Part shown: piece after piece, positions 60,050 through 64,000 of the stretch | Numbering within the stretch: the first letter of the stretch is position 1 | Layout of the letters: every line of letters starts with the position of its first letter | NCBI GenBank assembly: GCA_902559815.1 | Contig: CACEJE010000004.1 | Location: forward strand, 1,372 to 65,371 | Direction: 5' to 3' | DNA: 64,000 nt | Source: an uncultured Thiothrix sp. | Lineage (GTDB): Bacteria; Pseudomonadota; Gammaproteobacteria; Poriferisulfidales; GCA-002705445 | Made by a program: the position numbers and the translations under genes | The notes under the pieces: model-generated | The model's input: only the letters and a program-made list of their open reading frames with translations | What the model was told of the DNA's origin: nothing | The model's database searches: none

Positions 60050-60724
60050 ATGCTTGTTTGTAAAAATCTTAAAAAAATATTTGTAGAAGGAAATGAATCA
60101 ATTTGTATTTTAGATGATATAAATTTTAACATATCTAAGGGTGAAACAGTTAGTATAATAGGATCATCAGGAAGTGGAAAAAGTACTTTGCTCCACGTTT
60201 TATCATCTCTAGAAAAGGCAGATTCTGGAGAAATTTTATTAGATGATAGTTTAATTACATCCTTAACTGAAAATGAGTTATGCGCCATACGTCTAAATAA
60301 AATAGGTTTTATATATCAATTTCATCATTTAATTAAAGAATTAAATGTAAAAGAAAATATTGCATTACCTCTTATAATTAAAGGAGAAGATGTAGACGAC
60401 ATAGAAAGTAAAACTAATGATATTATTGACCAAGTTGGTCTTTCTGAAAGAAAAAATTACCAAATAGATAAATTATCTGGTGGTGAACGCCAAAGGGTAG
60501 CTATAGCTAGAGCTGTAGTGCATAAACCAAAAATTATATTTGCAGATGAACCGACTGGAAATTTAGATAAAGTAAACGCTAATAATATTTTTTCTTTATT
60601 AAAGGATCTTGTTAATTATAATCAATCATCATTGATAATGGCTACACATGATCTTGATATAGCCGTATTACTAGACAAAAAATATTCAATACAAAATGGA
60701 GATCTGATCAAAATAAAAGATTAG
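60050..60724 (+). CDS. lolD: lipoprotein-releasing ABC transporter ATPase
   Basis: The 224-aa product from ATG 60050 has Walker A GSSGSGKST, signature LSGGERQRVAIARA and Walker B IFADEPTGNLD. The ORF-track start 60005 lies inside the permease gene. Confidence 0.93.
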   Translation: MLVCKNLKKIFVEGNESICILDDINFNISKGETVSIIGSSGSGKSTLLHVLSSLEKADSGEILLDDSLITSLTENELCAIRLNKIGFIYQFHHLIKELNVKENIALPLIIKGEDVDDIESKTNDIIDQVGLSERKNYQIDKLSGGERQRVAIARAVVHKPKIIFADEPTGNLDKVNANNIFSLLKDLVNYNQSSLIMATHDLDIAVLLDKKYSIQNGDLIKIKD

Positions 60725-61228
60725 CTACTTTTTTCTTTTTGACCAAATTTTTATCACATAATACCTCCAATAAATTCTTATCAATAAATAACTAATAATT
60801 GATCCTATTAATGCAAGTATGATTGAACCTAAAAATAACGGCTCCCAAATATGCATTATATTTGATAATAAACTTAATTCATCATCAGTTATTTCAGGAG
60901 TTACATTTGTTGTAATAAAAAAACTTCCAATTTTGTAAGCAAAGAAGAATATTGGTGTATATGTTAGAGGATTTGTTATCCAGGTTAAAATTATTGCAAT
61001 TGGAAGATTTGCGGCAAAGGTTAGCGCTAGAAAAGCTGCTAATATCATTTGTCCGGGTAATGGAATAAAAGCACAAAATGCACCAATAGCAAAACCTCTA
61101 GATACTGATTTTTTGTTAATATGCCACAAATTTGGCTGTAAAACAGCAGGGCCAAATATTTTCAAAATCTTTTCTTCTTTTACGGCATCTAACTTTGGGA
61201 ATAATCTTTTGATTACATTTTTAATCAT
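60725..61228 (-). CDS. DUF2062-family membrane protein
   Basis: 167 aa. SVSRGFAIGAFCAFIPLPGQMILAAFLALTFAANLPIAI....ITNPLTY.P.FF.AYKIG matches my recollection of DUF2062. Confidence 0.6.
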   Translation of the reverse strand: MIKNVIKRLFPKLDAVKEEKILKIFGPAVLQPNLWHINKKSVSRGFAIGAFCAFIPLPGQMILAAFLALTFAANLPIAIILTWITNPLTYTPIFFFAYKIGSFFITTNVTPEITDDELSLLSNIMHIWEPLFLGSIILALIGSIISYLLIRIYWRYYVIKIWSKRKK

Positions 61229-61258
61229 TTCTGTAAAATATACCCTTTATTACTATTA

Positions 61259-63025
61259 ATGGAAGTATATAAGAAATTGCGACAAAATAATAAAAAAAAT
61301 GGCTGGGATATCTATAAAAGATTAGTAAGTATTGCATTAAAAAATAACTCAACGCCACTTACAATAGCTATAATTGGAATGATAATTACAGCTTTAAGTG
61401 ACCCTGCATTATCAGCTATTATGAAGCCAATTCTTGATGGTGGTTTTATAGAAAGAGACCAAGAAATCATAAGCTTGCTTCCATTAGGATTATTTTCCAT
61501 ATTTTTTATAAGATCCATTGGGATATTTTTGACAATATACTATATGGCAAAAGTAGGAAGATCTTTAGTATACAGATTAAGAGAGATGATGTTTCAAAAG
61601 TTATTAGCTTTACCAATAGCTTTCTACGATAAATCTTCATCAGGTGATCTGATGTCAAGAATCTCGCACAATGTTGAACTACTATCATCAGTTGCCGCAA
61701 GAAGCTTAATTATCCTAATTAGAGACACAATAACTATAATTGGGTTACTTTTATGGATGTTTTATTTAAGCTGGCAGCTAACATTGTTTTTTATAACAGC
61801 CGCACCATTTATAATAATATTGGTAAGCACATTAAACAAAAAGTTTAGAAAGCTTACACATGATGCTCAAAACTCCGTAGGTAGCATAATACACGTTGCC
61901 CAAGAAATTATACAAGGCAATAAAATTGTTAAAATTTTTAAAGGTTACACAAAAGAAAGTGATAGATTTAAACTCACAAATGAAAAAAACAAAATTAGTC
62001 ATATGAGCCTAGCTTTTACAGAAGGCATAAATAGTGCAGTGATTATGTTGATAGTAGGTTCATCATTATCTGGGATAATCTTGTTATCAACTTTTGATTT
62101 TATTTTAGAAACTATTACCGTAGGTTCATTTGTTTCATTTATGTTTGCAATGTTTATGATTCTTGGCCCAGCAAGGGGATTAGCAAGTATTAATGCAAGA
62201 TTACAGCAAGGCATTGCTGCAGGAGAAAATGTTTTTGAACTTATAGATGAAGCCTCAGAAAATGATAATGGAAAATTGGATAAAATAAATATAAATAATA
62301 ATATAGTTTTCAAAGATGTATGTTTCCAATATGAAGCATCAGAGTCATCAGTTTTGAGCAATATAAATGTTGAAATTAAAACAGGAGAATTTGTTGCAAT
62401 AGTTGGAAAATCTGGTTGCGGTAAATCTACATTAGTAAATTTAATACCAAGATTATATAATCCAATTTCTGGATCAATATTGATAGACAACACTAACATT
62501 TGTGATTTAAAACTTGATATACTTCGCGAAAACATAAGTTATGTCGGTCAAGACACAATTTTATTTAACGACTCAATTAAAAATAACATATGTTATGGCT
62601 CAAAAAATATCAGTGAAGCTGATATAAAAGATGCTCTAGAAAAATCATATTCTTATGATTTTGTAAACGAAATGCCTGATGGAATAAATACTACAATAGG
62701 TGAAAATGGAGTATTACTATCTGGAGGGCAGCGACAACGATTAGCAATTGCCAGAGCATTCTTGAAAAATTCTCATATTTTGATATTTGATGAAGCAACA
62801 TCATCCTTGGACTCAGTATCAGAAAAATTTATTCAGTTGGCGTTAGATGATTTAAAAAAAGGAAAAACGACTATAATCATTGCACACAGATTATCTACAG
62901 TTGAAAAAGCAAATAATATTTTAGTTATGAATAATGGAGAAATTATTGAATCTGGAAATCATATCTTATTAATGAAAAAGAAAAATTATTATTATAAACT
63001 TTATAACTCACAAGTATTTAAATAG
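61259..63025 (+). CDS. msbA: lipid A export ATP-binding/permease protein
   Basis: 588 aa with a six-TM domain plus an NBD carrying GKSGCGKST, LSGGQRQRLAIARA and IFDEATSSLD. lpxK follows directly, as in E. coli. Confidence 0.92.
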   Translation: MEVYKKLRQNNKKNGWDIYKRLVSIALKNNSTPLTIAIIGMIITALSDPALSAIMKPILDGGFIERDQEIISLLPLGLFSIFFIRSIGIFLTIYYMAKVGRSLVYRLREMMFQKLLALPIAFYDKSSSGDLMSRISHNVELLSSVAARSLIILIRDTITIIGLLLWMFYLSWQLTLFFITAAPFIIILVSTLNKKFRKLTHDAQNSVGSIIHVAQEIIQGNKIVKIFKGYTKESDRFKLTNEKNKISHMSLAFTEGINSAVIMLIVGSSLSGIILLSTFDFILETITVGSFVSFMFAMFMILGPARGLASINARLQQGIAAGENVFELIDEASENDNGKLDKININNNIVFKDVCFQYEASESSVLSNINVEIKTGEFVAIVGKSGCGKSTLVNLIPRLYNPISGSILIDNTNICDLKLDILRENISYVGQDTILFNDSIKNNICYGSKNISEADIKDALEKSYSYDFVNEMPDGINTTIGENGVLLSGGQRQRLAIARAFLKNSHILIFDEATSSLDSVSEKFIQLALDDLKKGKTTIIIAHRLSTVEKANNILVMNNGEIIESGNHILLMKKKNYYYKLYNSQVFK

Positions 63026-64000
63026 TGTTTAAAAAATCAAAACTTCCAATTTTAAAAAAATTATATCTTTATTCGTTAGATGATATATATATATTAAATA
63101 TTTTATTATTACCATTAACGTTAGTTTATTTAATAATATATAGTTTAAAGAAATATTTACAGACGAATAATAAAACTAATAGTGTACCGGTTGTAGTAGT
63201 TGGTAACTTAACTGTTGGAGGTACCGGGAAAACATCAATTGTAATATGGTTATGTAACTATTTTTCATCTAGAAAATATAATGTTGGTGTAATTTCTGGT
63301 GGGTATAAAACAAACAGACCTTATGATCTTGAAATTGTAAATGGAACTTCTCTAGCTGAGAATGTCGGTGATGAAGCTATATTAATAAGGGAAAAAACAA
63401 CAAGTATAGTTTGTAAATGTAAGAATAGGCGTCTAGCTTATGAGTATTTAGTTAGTAAGTTTGATTTAGATATTGTGATATCAGATGATGGATTGACTCA
63501 TTTTAAGCTAAATAGAGATTTGGAAATAATTATATCTAGGGAAAATAAACCATATGGCAATAGTCTTGTGTTACCAGCTGGACCATTAAGACAATTACCG
63601 AGCTCTATAAATAAATATGAAAATATTATTTTTAATAAACTGAAATCCTCAAGTTCTAGAGGATTTTATTATGAAATATCTAAAATAATATCTTGCAGCA
63701 ATCTAAAAGAAATAAATATCACTGATTTGAATGATAAGCAAATTCATTTGGTAACAGCTATTGCTAATCCTGATTTTTTAATTAAGAATTTAGAAGATTT
63801 AGGTATAAATGTCCTGCCTCACATTTACCCAGATCATCATTTGCTAGGTATTCAAGATTTAACTTTTAATGATGATAAAGGAATATTGATGACTGAGAAA
63901 GATTTTGTTAAATGTAAAAAATTTAATTTAAAAAATGCATTCTATATACCAACAAAAATTGTTGTTGATAATGACATAAAAATAATGTTGAATGAAAGAA
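63025..64000 (+). CDS. lpxK: tetraacyldisaccharide 4'-kinase (3'-truncated by window edge)
   Basis: Not in the ORF track because it is open to the window end. GTG 63025 overlaps the msbA stop. My hand translation shows VVVVGNLTVGGTGKTS (P-loop), GDEAILI, SDDGLTH, LPAGPLRQ, YPDHH and TEKDFVKC. Confidence 0.9.
   Translation, partial: MFKKSKLPILKKLYLYSLDDIYILNILLLPLTLVYLIIYSLKKYLQTNNKTNSVPVVVVGNLTVGGTGKTSIVIWLCNYFSSRKYNVGVISGGYKTNRPYDLEIVNGTSLAENVGDEAILIREKTTSIVCKCKNRRLAYEYLVSKFDLDIVISDDGLTHFKLNRDLEIIISRENKPYGNSLVLPAGPLRQLPSSINKYENIIFNKLKSSSSRGFYYEISKIISCSNLKEINITDLNDKQIHLVTAIANPDFLIKNLEDLGINVLPHIYPDHHLLGIQDLTFNDDKGILMTEKDFVKCKKFNLKNAFYIPTKIVVDNDIKIMLNER

Overview
The window is AT-rich (roughly 30% GC by eye) and very gene-dense. 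It carries classic gammaproteobacterial core synteny: nusA-infB-rbfA-truB-rpsO-pnp; xseA<>guaBA; tadA/mltF-like; dnaX-ybaB-recR; orn; nadB<>degP-like-lepA; nagZ; mfd; ccmABCDEFGH; lolC/E-lolD; msbA-lpxK. This fits a streamlined, probably marine, gammaproteobacterium, but that is inference only. I can support about 70 protein genes and two tRNA-Ser genes (GGA and UGA). Three CDSs lie below the ORF-track size cut-off: a 58-aa Fe-S protein, ccmD and a 49-aa membrane peptide. lpxK is also missing from the track because it runs off the window end. I saw no rRNA, CRISPR array, IS element, integrase or prophage genes. Many genes are joined by ATGA/TAATG start-stop overlaps, and four convergent pairs overlap at their 3' ends. 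Metabolic content includes aceA-icd in tandem, a DASS transporter, a formaldehyde-activating-enzyme (Fae) homologue and a binding-protein-less LIV-type ABC operon headed by an acyl-CoA-synthetase-like protein whose adenylation motifs look eroded. It also includes a periplasmic methanethiol-oxidase (SBP56/MtoX) cluster with two SCO1-type proteins, a MauG/CCP di-haem protein and a TlpA-like thioredoxin. The clearest accessory spot is a 1.3-kb islet at 26.3-27.6 kb. It is bounded by tRNA-Ser(GGA) and a duplicated tRNA 3' end, and carries only a PD-(D/E)xK-like protein and an EEP-family nuclease, with no integrase. Other points worth a second look are an in-frame A AAA AAG slippery heptamer in dnaX, the absence of rpoE-rseABC and lepB from the nadB-lepA neighbourhood, and an orphan Fe-S/GST/ferredoxin-reductase trio. 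All functional calls rest on motifs and gene order recognised by eye; no database or HMM search was possible.
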